The notes beneath the pieces are model-generated. The model made no database searches. It was not told the origin of the DNA and saw only the letters and a program-made list of their open reading frames with translations. Positions 52,418-60,849 of a DNA stretch of 64,000 nucleotides are shown in pieces. The translations under genes were made by a program, and so were the position numbers. This DNA comes from a virus (Duplodnaviria; Caudoviricetes), in the IMG/VR virus record IMGVR_UViG_3300042566_001028, positions 1-64,000 of that record; one strand, given 5' to 3'. Position 1 is the first letter of the stretch; each line of letters opens with the position of its first letter.

Positions 52418-53059
52418 ATGGCAGAACAAACACCAAGTGGTTTTAAAGACCTATTGAGTAATATGATGAAACGTAGATGGTATATCACTGCGTTGGTATT
52501 GGGTGGATTTATGTTTATTATAGGAGGAATGTTCTTCGCTATATTTTCTAAATCGGAAATAGCAGGAGAATGGAAAGAACTTCTATTATTGTTATTAGGA
52601 GCTTTCATTGGTTCTTATGGTAAAATTATTGACTATTGGTTTAGTGATACCGATAAGGATAAGATGTTAGTTCAGAAAATGGATGAAGAAGATGGTGTAT
52701 CAATGAGCAATACTGCTGATTTACCACCAACACCACCGAATAACACTCCATTGATTCCAGAAGCATTTACTGCAGCAATTTCAAATGCACAATCACAAGT
52801 TGTATCCGTAAAATCAGAACCAAATAACCCACAACAAATTGAATCTCCTTTCAAAACTGAAACCAAAGTTGGTGTTGAAGTAGATGAAGATGGTGATGGT
52901 GTAATGGATGGTTTGGATTTTGATGGTGACGGTAAAATTGACGAATATTTTGCACACAGACAATGTGAACACATATGGGGTGATGTAGATGGTGATGGTG
53001 ATGAAGAGTGTTTGAAATGTGGAAAGATTAAAGATGAAGATGCTGAAATGGCAGGATAA
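52418..53059 (+). CDS. two-TM protein with DxDxDG repeats and Cys/His knuckle
   Basis: Two TM helices, IIDYWFS; DEDGDG, DFDGDG, DVDGDG; CEH...CLKCG. Confidence 0.65.
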   Translation: MAEQTPSGFKDLLSNMMKRRWYITALVLGGFMFIIGGMFFAIFSKSEIAGEWKELLLLLLGAFIGSYGKIIDYWFSDTDKDKMLVQKMDEEDGVSMSNTADLPPTPPNNTPLIPEAFTAAISNAQSQVVSVKSEPNNPQQIESPFKTETKVGVEVDEDGDGVMDGLDFDGDGKIDEYFAHRQCEHIWGDVDGDGDEECLKCGKIKDEDAEMAG

Positions 53060-53096
53060 ATCAGTTACATAGTATTAACAATTTAAATTAAAAACT

Positions 53097-53369
53097 ATGG
53101 GATTTTTTAAAGAATTATTTAGTGATAGCAACGACATTAATGAGAAATCAGTTGTAGGGTTTGCATCTTTCGGTTGTATGGTCTTAGCTTTGGTAGTTGA
53201 CCTTGTAACTGGATATATGGGTAAACCATTATTGATTAACGAATACATCTTTAACGGATTTTTGGTAATCACTTTGGGTTCATTTGGTATCGCTTCAGTT
53301 GATAAGTTTATCAATAAGAAAGCAGAACATGATGCAGCTAAATTAGAAGCTGAAACCGAAGAAGGATAA
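53097..53369 (+). CDS. small two-TM membrane protein (holin-like)
   Basis: FFKELFSD..INEK, two TM helices, charged tail. Confidence 0.55.
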   Translation: MGFFKELFSDSNDINEKSVVGFASFGCMVLALVVDLVTGYMGKPLLINEYIFNGFLVITLGSFGIASVDKFINKKAEHDAAKLEAETEEG

Positions 53370-53386
53370 TGATTTGATAACATTAT

Positions 53387-53414
53387 AAACCCTCACTTTA
53401 GGTGGGGGTTTTTT
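53387..53414 (+). terminator. intrinsic terminator
   Basis: AAACCCTCAC/GTGGGGGTTT stem plus T-tract; same core stem as 39431. Confidence 0.8.
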
Positions 53415-53424
53415 ATTTATGTGT

Positions 53425-54120
53425 ATGGATAACTTATTAACGATAGTAATACCTTGTAAAAATGAAAAAGATAACATATATGAGTGTATTGCATTTATTG
53501 CAAAACAAGTGGGTTCCGCAGGACTTAAAGTTATTATTGCAGATAACTCCGATGAAGGTGATAGTTTAGATTTTTTATATTATGTTAAAAGAGATTTTAA
53601 ATACTCATTGGATATAGAAATTATACAAGGTGGGTTTCCTGCAAAAGCTAGATTAGAAGGAAGTAAATTAGTAACCACACCTTACATACTATTTTTGGAT
53701 GCAGATATAATGTTGCAGGATAAATTTATATTGGGTGAATGTTTGGCATATGATACAGATTTAGTAACTGTTCCATTTCAAACCGAAAAAGAATTTAATT
53801 GGATATTTAGATTATTTGATATTCAACAACAAATGAGTAATTGCTTGGGAACTCCATTTGCAATTGGTGGATTTCAATTGTGGAAAACTGAAGCATATTG
53901 GAAAACTGGTGGATACGATGAAACACATTTATTTGCAGAAGATTATTGGGTATCACAAAAGGCAGAAGTAATGAAAATACACAAAACAAAGGGTGTATGG
54001 ACATCTGCACGAAGATTTAAGAATAAAGGATTTTTTTATATGTTTATATTAAGTATCAAATGCTACATCAACCGAAACAATACAGAATTTTTCAAAAAAC
54101 ACCACAACTACTGGAAATGA
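53425..54120 (+). CDS. glycosyltransferase family 2
   Basis: IVIPCKNE, IIADNS, LFLDAD, GGYDE, AED. Confidence 0.9.
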   Translation: MDNLLTIVIPCKNEKDNIYECIAFIAKQVGSAGLKVIIADNSDEGDSLDFLYYVKRDFKYSLDIEIIQGGFPAKARLEGSKLVTTPYILFLDADIMLQDKFILGECLAYDTDLVTVPFQTEKEFNWIFRLFDIQQQMSNCLGTPFAIGGFQLWKTEAYWKTGGYDETHLFAEDYWVSQKAEVMKIHKTKGVWTSARRFKNKGFFYMFILSIKCYINRNNTEFFKKHHNYWK

Positions 54121-54839
54121 TACATCAAGCAATAATAGTATCGGATTTACATTTAGGAACAAAAGATAGTAAGGCGGAAGAGTTTATAGAATTTATAGAA
54201 ACACACCCAACCGAACTACTAATCCTTAATGGTGATATCATAGATGGGTGGGCTTTGAATAGAGGAACAAAGTGGAAAAAACCACATACAAAAGTTATTT
54301 CAAAATTATTACAATTATCAAACAAAACCAGAATTATCTGGATAAGAGGAAACCATGATGAGTTTATACAAGAGTTCATCGGCACCCATTTGGGAGCAAT
54401 TGAAATTAGAGAAGATTATAAGTTGGATATCAATAATACTATGGAGAGTTACTATATTTTCCACGGAGATGTTATTGATGTTTTTATAACAAAATATAAA
54501 TGGTTATCAAAAATTGGTTCAGTAGGATACGATTTTGCTCTTTGGTTAAATAGAGTTTATAACACATATCGTAAATGGAGAAAATTACCATACATTTCAA
54601 TATCTCAAAAAATTAAGGGGAGTGTTAAAGTAGCAACAAATTATGTAAATGATTTTGAAACAACTGCTCTATCAATGGCTACCAAAAAAGGATGTAATGG
54701 TGTAATTTGTGGTCACATTCACCAACCTGCAGATAGAATGATTAACGGAAAAAGATATCTAAATAGTGGTGATTGGATTGAGAATATGAGTGCTATTTGT
54801 ATAGATAATATCGGAAAGATATATTTATATGAAAAGTAG
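54117..54839 (+). CDS. PlcP/LpxH-like metallophosphoesterase
   Basis: SDLHLG, GDIIDGW, GNHD, HGD, CGHIH, NSGDWIE; start reassigned to ATG 54117. Confidence 0.85.
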   Translation: MIHQAIIVSDLHLGTKDSKAEEFIEFIETHPTELLILNGDIIDGWALNRGTKWKKPHTKVISKLLQLSNKTRIIWIRGNHDEFIQEFIGTHLGAIEIREDYKLDINNTMESYYIFHGDVIDVFITKYKWLSKIGSVGYDFALWLNRVYNTYRKWRKLPYISISQKIKGSVKVATNYVNDFETTALSMATKKGCNGVICGHIHQPADRMINGKRYLNSGDWIENMSAICIDNIGKIYLYEK

Positions 54840-54845
54840 TCATGT

Positions 54846-55565
54846 ATGAAAAAATTATTAGTATTCTTAAGTTTCTTTTTGTTAAGCAGTGTTGCCATTG
54901 CCCAAACTGTCGGAGTAACAAAAACAGAACAATTTAAAGCATCGTTTGAAACAAAGATTGATATTAGTCAATTTATGGATTATGACGGCCCACAAATTCC
55001 TATTCAAATCTTAAAGGCAGGTATATCGGATGAGATGTATGAAATGTATCCTGAATTGAAAGAAAAGAGAGTTGGATTGGGTGTTGCAAATATCTCAATG
55101 GAGTATTTGGAAAATCTTAATCGTTTTAAATTCACAGAGGACAAAACAGAAATTAAGAATAGAATGGTTAAACAATTCCAAGCATCAGCTGCAGGAATTT
55201 CCGAAAACAAATTAGATGGTAGAGGAAAGATTAGTTTGGCAGAATACTTTGTAACAATTGAATGTTATGATTATTCAGTTAGTGAAGATGAGACTATAAA
55301 CTTAAAAGATGGTATCAAAGATAATATGGTAACAAGAATAGGTTTACAAGTTAGATTTACAAATGCAGAAACAGGAGTAGTATTTGGTGCAAGTGGATTA
55401 GGAGAAGCAACTACCAATAGACAATTAACACTATTATCGGATGCATCAGTAGACCCAATTAAATTCAATCAGTCAACTATATCAATCGCAACTAAGAAGG
55501 CATTAGATATAGCTTGTGCAAGAATTTTGGATAGAATGATTAAAAAGGGAATATTTACAAAATAG
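54846..55565 (+). CDS. CsgG/HfaB-like secreted protein
   Basis: Signal peptide; GLGVANI, NRFKFTE, LQVRFTNAETG, GLGEA, ATKKALD. Confidence 0.7.
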   Translation: MKKLLVFLSFFLLSSVAIAQTVGVTKTEQFKASFETKIDISQFMDYDGPQIPIQILKAGISDEMYEMYPELKEKRVGLGVANISMEYLENLNRFKFTEDKTEIKNRMVKQFQASAAGISENKLDGRGKISLAEYFVTIECYDYSVSEDETINLKDGIKDNMVTRIGLQVRFTNAETGVVFGASGLGEATTNRQLTLLSDASVDPIKFNQSTISIATKKALDIACARILDRMIKKGIFTK

Positions 55566-55571
55566 AATAAT

Positions 55572-55679
55572 ATGGGAAGTAAAGCAAAAAAACCAAGAGC
55601 AATGAGAAGTAGAAGAAGTGGTGTAAAGAAAATGGAATTGGTTAAAAATAATTTGAGAATATTACAAAACTTAAAGTAA
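55572..55679 (+). CDS. small basic protein (35 aa)
   Basis: MGSKAKKPRAMRSRRSG...; TAATG coupling to the next gene. Confidence 0.5.
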   Translation: MGSKAKKPRAMRSRRSGVKKMELVKNNLRILQNLK

Positions 55680-56488
55680 TGAAAACGTTATTATTGATTC
55701 TATTGTTGGTTCCAACATTGGTATTGTCACAAGTTAGTAGTTGGAGAAGTGGCACAACCACACCCAAAGTAACATCTCCATCTATTCAATCACAAAGAAA
55801 TTCTATAAGTAATTGGAGAACCCAATCACCTAGAGATTTTAATAGACCACAACAAACAAGACGGGGTTCTAATATTGTTATAAATAATAACCCATGGCTT
55901 TGGAACAATTGGGGATGGGGGTGGAACAATTGGGGATGGTATCAACCATATCCTTATATTTGGTATGATGATTTTGGTTGGAGACAAAGAAGTGTAATTC
56001 GTGTATATGAAAACGGAAAGAGAGATACAATTAGAAAAGAACCCGTTTACACTTCATTCGGTATTGGAAAAACAAATAATGAACAAGCTGCATTTTGGGG
56101 TACCATTGGTAGTAATAAAGCATATTTTATCATGGATTATGTAATGACTTATGATATAGATAGAAACCAATACTATCCAAATGGTAATTTAGTTATTGCA
56201 GATTTTCCTGTTAGTGATAAATTATTTAGAAAAGAACATACATTCTATTTAGGTGGTGGTAAAAGATTTGGTAAATTGGGAGTACATGGTATGATTGGAT
56301 TTGGTAATGAAATTTTAAGATACCAGGGAAAAGATGATTTAGGTGGTATATCATTTCCAAAGTCAAATACAAATTTTACAACATTTAAAGTTGGTATAAT
56401 AAGAGAATTTAAATTCTTTACTTTAAAAATTGATACTGACCCAATACGAGGTTATTCTCAAATAGGAATAGGACTGAACAATAAGTAA
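55679..56488 (+). CDS. secreted protein with Trp/Asn/Gly-rich segment and probable beta-barrel
   Basis: Signal peptide; NNWGWGWNNWGW; amphipathic strands at the C-terminus. Confidence 0.6.
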   Translation: MKTLLLILLLVPTLVLSQVSSWRSGTTTPKVTSPSIQSQRNSISNWRTQSPRDFNRPQQTRRGSNIVINNNPWLWNNWGWGWNNWGWYQPYPYIWYDDFGWRQRSVIRVYENGKRDTIRKEPVYTSFGIGKTNNEQAAFWGTIGSNKAYFIMDYVMTYDIDRNQYYPNGNLVIADFPVSDKLFRKEHTFYLGGGKRFGKLGVHGMIGFGNEILRYQGKDDLGGISFPKSNTNFTTFKVGIIREFKFFTLKIDTDPIRGYSQIGIGLNNK

Positions 56489-57975
56489 TGAAAAAATGTC
56501 TAGTAAGTTTAATAGTAATTGTTATATCCCTAACAACATTTAAAGTTGAAGGACAAACCTATACCCAATCATTTATAGATAAGTGCACCGGTGAAAGAAA
56601 GGTTGCAACCACAACAATGATAAATGGTAGTGCAACTGTTTCTTTTTACAATGAGGTAAGAACATTTTCACCATTAGAAGTTCAAACAGGACAATTACAA
56701 GTTTGGATAAATCAGGTATATTTAAGGTATTCAACATTAGCATGTCCTACAAATATAGTAGTTCAACAAACGGTAACCAATGCAGTAGCACAAACGGCAT
56801 CAAATGCAGCAAGTAGTGCAGCGAGTAATGCAGCATCTGCCGCAGCAAGTAGTGCAGCATCTGCCGCAGCAAAACCACCTACTATAAATGTGCCGCCTCC
56901 ACCTCCGGCAGCATCGGCACCTCCACCACCTGCACCAACGGCATCGGCACCACCTCCTGCAAGTAGTGGTTCATCGGCACCTCCACCTGCAAGTGGTAGT
57001 TCTTCACAAAGTGGGGGTAGTTCTTCATCATCTTCGTCACAAAGTGGTGGTAGTTCTTCATCATCTGGAGAGAGTTCATCATCTAGCAGTAGTTCTTCAT
57101 CATCATCTGAAACAAAATCGGAGACCAAAACGGAAACAAAGAGTGAATCGAAATCAGAAAGTAAATCTGAAAGTAAGAGTGAAGAAAAGAAATCCGAAAG
57201 TAAGAGTGAAGAAAAGAAAGAAGAGAAAAAATCTGAAGAAAAGAAAGAGGAAAAAAAGGAAGAAAAGAAAGAAGAGAAGAAGGAGGAAAAGAAAAAAGAA
57301 GAAAAGAAAAAAAGTGGTAACTTAAATCCAATGTTAGTATCATCGGATTACTCAGTTGTAGAAAGTGCAGATAGAAAATTTGGTTCTATATTGGGATTGG
57401 GTTGGAGTAGAGCAAGTATGGCGGGTGATGAGATGTTCTCTGCAAACGCAATGATATGGTCTAATTTGAAACAATTTGCATTGGGTGGTGGTTATACTAA
57501 AATGGAATTTAATGACGGACAATTGGACGCCATACACTCTTACGGAGTAACTGGGGCATACTTAGACGGAAACTATATGGGGTTATTAGGATATACATGG
57601 ATTAAACCACATCCTAAATACGGAACATATGGTTATAATATTGGTATGGTAAATTTATTCTTAAAAAATGCAGAGAATAAATTTGATTATTCTATCATAA
57701 CATCAGCGGTTGCATTTTGGACTAAACCGTATCAGTATTCAAAAAAACTTACAATATCACCACAAGTATTTGTAATGTCATCACCTTTATCTTACAATTC
57801 ATCAACGGGTGGAACAACGGTAAATAGACATGCAGGATTTTTAATGGGTTCATCTTTTGACTATAAATTAAGTAAAAGATTTGGATTCAGTTTTAACTAC
57901 AAATTTAATGGTTCTACACAACCAGGAACACCACTATTACATATGTTTTTGGTAGGTAGTAGAATGATGTTATAA
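56488..57975 (+). CDS. outer membrane beta-barrel protein with low-complexity stalk
   Basis: Signal peptide; A/P/S/EK-rich linker; barrel paralogous to 50417 (ISPQVF.MS, D.K..KRF). Confidence 0.7.
   Translation: MKKCLVSLIVIVISLTTFKVEGQTYTQSFIDKCTGERKVATTTMINGSATVSFYNEVRTFSPLEVQTGQLQVWINQVYLRYSTLACPTNIVVQQTVTNAVAQTASNAASSAASNAASAAASSAASAAAKPPTINVPPPPPAASAPPPPAPTASAPPPASSGSSAPPPASGSSSQSGGSSSSSSSQSGGSSSSSGESSSSSSSSSSSSETKSETKTETKSESKSESKSESKSEEKKSESKSEEKKEEKKSEEKKEEKKEEKKEEKKEEKKKEEKKKSGNLNPMLVSSDYSVVESADRKFGSILGLGWSRASMAGDEMFSANAMIWSNLKQFALGGGYTKMEFNDGQLDAIHSYGVTGAYLDGNYMGLLGYTWIKPHPKYGTYGYNIGMVNLFLKNAENKFDYSIITSAVAFWTKPYQYSKKLTISPQVFVMSSPLSYNSSTGGTTVNRHAGFLMGSSFDYKLSKRFGFSFNYKFNGSTQPGTPLLHMFLVGSRMML
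56790..57315 (+). repeat. coding low-complexity repeats (ASSAA, SAPPP, SSSSG, EEKK)
   Basis: Imperfect tandem repeats such as gcatcggcacc(t/a)cc and gaagaaaagaaa. Confidence 0.8.
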
Positions 57976-58012
57976 TTGAAAAATGTTATATTTATCCTAA
58001 AGTAAAATCAGG

Positions 58013-58648
58013 ATGAAAAAAGTATTATTGTTAGTTACACTATTAGTTATTAGTGTTACATTATTTGCACAAGATGTAGTAGTATTAAAACATACAAATT
58101 ATACATCACATTTCAGTAAGTCAAAAAAATATCCAGTAATGGTAGAGTGGTGGGAAACCAAAGCAAAAGTAGGTTGTCCAACTCCATTACCTCGTAAAGA
58201 TAATTTCAAACCAGACCCATTGTTACCAGTTGAAACTAATATTGGAAACGACTATGTTGGTAGTGGGTATGATAGAGGACATTTGATGCCAGCAAAATCA
58301 AATCAATGCCAAACTCAAGCAGTTCAAGATGAGTGTTTCTACTTTTCTAATATGGTAGCACAAACACATAGATTGAATGCAGGAGATTGGAAATCATTGG
58401 AAACCTTAACAAGAGAAATTGCTGCAAGAGAAGATAGTGTTCACATTTGGGCAGGTAATGTTGGTGAGATTAAAAGAATTGGTAAAGTTGCAGTTCCAAA
58501 ACAATGTTGGAAAGTTGTATATTCAAAGACATCAAACGAATGGATGTTTTTCTTATTTGAAAACGACTTATCAAATCCAGATGGAATAAATAATAATAAA
58601 GTTTTAAGAGAAGATATAGAAAAATTAACAGGATTAAAATTTAAGTAA
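58013..58648 (+). CDS. secreted DNA/RNA non-specific endonuclease (NucA family)
   Basis: Signal peptide; YDRGHL, FYFSNMVAQ, LNAGDWKSLE. Confidence 0.9.
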   Translation: MKKVLLLVTLLVISVTLFAQDVVVLKHTNYTSHFSKSKKYPVMVEWWETKAKVGCPTPLPRKDNFKPDPLLPVETNIGNDYVGSGYDRGHLMPAKSNQCQTQAVQDECFYFSNMVAQTHRLNAGDWKSLETLTREIAAREDSVHIWAGNVGEIKRIGKVAVPKQCWKVVYSKTSNEWMFFLFENDLSNPDGINNNKVLREDIEKLTGLKFK

Positions 58649-58650
58649 AG

Positions 58651-59091
58651 ATGTTCGTACCAAACCACTTACACCTATTGGTAAAAGGGTATATGAAAAC
58701 CCCACCAAAAACGGAAAAAACCTTAAACATATGGTTTACACAATTAGTACAAAACGTAGGAATGAAAGTGGTAGCAGGGCCCACATCAGTCTATGTAAAG
58801 GAACCAGGTAATGAAGGAATAACCGGAACCGTTACTCTAGCAACCTCACATGCTTCAATTCATGTGTGGGATAATGAAAATCCGGCCATGTTTCAATTTG
58901 ATTTATATAGTTGTTCAAACTTCACACCAATGCAAGTGTTAGACCACATTGACGATTGGTTTGGATTGAATGAAGCACATTGGCAATTCATTGATAGAAA
59001 TGGTAGTGAGTTTTTAATATTAGATTCAGGTCACTATAAAAAAAGTTTGAATAGTAAAATAAAAGATATATTCAAAAAGAAAAAATTCTAA
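58651..59091 (+). CDS. speD: S-adenosylmethionine decarboxylase proenzyme
   Basis: GITG...LATSHASIH.W, FDLYSC. Confidence 0.8.
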   Translation: MFVPNHLHLLVKGYMKTPPKTEKTLNIWFTQLVQNVGMKVVAGPTSVYVKEPGNEGITGTVTLATSHASIHVWDNENPAMFQFDLYSCSNFTPMQVLDHIDDWFGLNEAHWQFIDRNGSEFLILDSGHYKKSLNSKIKDIFKKKKF

Positions 59092-59745
59092 ATGAGTTAT
59101 TTAGTAGCAAACATCCCACCAATAGAAGTTTATGTAGATAAAAGATTTCTATATGATTTTCAAAAAGATGAGATGGGTAATTATTTGGGTGATGGTGAAT
59201 GGGAAAGAGGTCATTGGGTTAGTGTAAAATCAATTCCAAATCGTGCACTATTATTTGAAACTTATATTGACAAGTTTGGTGCAGTATATGACAAATTACC
59301 TATACATGCATTCCGTTGGAGACCATTAGAAACGACAGATAAGGTGTTTCCTTTGGATTTCTTACAACTTTGGGATTGTTTATCATATAACATATCAGTC
59401 ATTGAAAAAAGGGTATTAAGGGGTGTTAAAACCTATACTACAATGAAAGACCATTCAGTAGTAGAGGGTGATTATCTTTTTACAATTGATACATCACATT
59501 CTGACCCAAATGAAATTGATTGTGGGTGGAGTGAAACACCAAATGAACATAAATGTTATAATGTGTCTAAATTGGAAAATGGCCAACTATGTGCACAACC
59601 AAATAATAGGACTAGATTTTATCAACCTAGTAGAACTAATGGTGTTTCTTTAATACCTTATTTTAGATATTCTACAAAAGTGTGGAAATGTGAGGATTTT
59701 GGAAAGTGGAGACCATCCGATACAAATTGGGATTACACAGAATAG
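59092..59745 (+). CDS. conserved phage hypothetical protein
   Basis: MSYLVANIPP, LPIHAF, LQLWDC, EHK, AQPNNR. Confidence 0.65.
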   Translation: MSYLVANIPPIEVYVDKRFLYDFQKDEMGNYLGDGEWERGHWVSVKSIPNRALLFETYIDKFGAVYDKLPIHAFRWRPLETTDKVFPLDFLQLWDCLSYNISVIEKRVLRGVKTYTTMKDHSVVEGDYLFTIDTSHSDPNEIDCGWSETPNEHKCYNVSKLENGQLCAQPNNRTRFYQPSRTNGVSLIPYFRYSTKVWKCEDFGKWRPSDTNWDYTE

Positions 59746-59785
59746 TAATATATAACTTGTTGATTACTAACAATTTATAAGTTTA

Positions 59786-59817
59786 TTTGGTAATTCGGGA
59801 TATTTATCGTATATTTG
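59786..59817 (+). promoter_or_regulatory. Bacteroidota-type promoter
   Basis: TTTGG 59786 and TATATTTG 59810. Confidence 0.78.
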
Positions 59818-59871
59818 AGTATATCAAAGAAAAATTGATACTTATTGTTATAACAACAAAATAATTTTAAA

Positions 59872-60063
59872 ATGGAAAATCAAAAATATTGTATAATTGA
59901 TGTAACTTTAGATATCAATAATCACATTGGAGTAGTAGATTTATCTTTAGAAGAAGCACAACAATGGATAATGGACAATCAAACTCAATTAGAAACTCCA
60001 GTAACCATAGGTGAAACAACTTTCCCTGCTCAATTCATATATAAATCATATCCTTTAGTTTAA
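59872..60063 (+). CDS. hypothetical protein
   Basis: 63 aa, immediately upstream of tmRNA. Confidence 0.55.
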   Translation: MENQKYCIIDVTLDINNHIGVVDLSLEEAQQWIMDNQTQLETPVTIGETTFPAQFIYKSYPLV

Positions 60064-60065
60064 TT

Positions 60066-60429
60066 GGGGATGCTTTGGAATTGATTGCTATGTAAATGGT
60101 AATATCACATGTAGACAAAGTAAGAATGTCTTTAAATACTTACAAAACAATAACTGACGAAAAGTCAACTATGACTTACAACGACTTAATGGCGTTTGTA
60201 GGTATGGATTACGCTGTAGCAGCCTAACCAATCCCGCACACATCGTGGGACTTTAAATAGAATGTGAAATTGAGTGGAAACTAACTGAACTCAAAATCGA
60301 GTTAGAATATTGATTATAATGAAATAATAAAACTTATATATTTGTCAGTTGTGAATAACTGAATAAACATGTGAGATGCTGATATTATTGATTTCTAGTA
60401 AGACACGAGTTCGACTCTCGTCATCTCCA
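60066..60429 (+). ncRNA. ssrA: tmRNA
   Basis: GGGGATG/CATCTCC-A acceptor with the G3:U Ala determinant; T-arm ACGAG-TTCGACT-CTCGT; tag frame 60156-60227 ending YAVAA*. Confidence 0.92.
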
Positions 60430-60489
60430 CAAATTTATTTAAGTATGGTAATCCTACTAACACAACTAGCGGACTTAAATAAAAAAATA

Positions 60490-60521
60490 TTTGGTAACTT
60501 AAAAAAGTTATCGTATATTAC
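60490..60521 (+). promoter_or_regulatory. Bacteroidota-type promoter
   Basis: TTTGG 60490 and TATATTAC 60514. Confidence 0.75.
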
Positions 60522-60530
60522 ATTTAATAT

Positions 60531-60602
60531 CGCAGGATAGAGCAGAGGTAGCTCACGTGGCTCATAACCACAAGGTCGGAGGTTCGAATCCTTCTCCTGC
60601 AA
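60531..60602 (+). tRNA. tRNA-Met(CAT), probable initiator
   Basis: Cloverleaf, CTCATAA loop, C1:A72 mismatch. Confidence 0.88.
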
Positions 60603-60710
60603 CAAATAAGATGATTGGTTGAAGCCATCAAATAATAAAACCGATTGAGTGACCTACCCAGTAGGGAAGAAAGCCGGACACCGATTATCTTAAAAGTTTT
60701 TTGAAATAAA

Positions 60711-60845
60711 TTTGGTAATGTTAAAAATGTTTCGTATATTACATAAGTAAATGAGAAACAATAGGTGATGAAAGATACTCGTTATTAAATTTACAAAAAA
60801 AGTTTTAAATAAATTTGGCAGAATAAAAAATTATTCGTATATTTA
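60711..60845 (+). promoter_or_regulatory. two tandem Bacteroidota-type promoters
   Basis: TTTGG 60711/TATATTAC 60735 and TTTGG 60814/TATATTTA 60838. Confidence 0.75.
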
Positions 60846-60849
60846 TTAA

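Noticed and set aside
56790-57315. CRISPR array or DGR-like repeat
   Set aside because: The repeats are in-frame amino-acid low complexity without unique spacers; no reverse transcriptase is seen.
58651-59091. Inactive SpeD because LATSH replaces LAESH
   Set aside because: The pyruvoyl-forming Ser and the downstream His and Cys are retained, so there is no basis to call it a pseudogene.
60747-60794. Hammerhead ribozyme between the tandem promoters (TGATGA, GAAA)
   Set aside because: The CTGATGA core and three-stem arrangement are missing; only a 6-bp AT stem is present.
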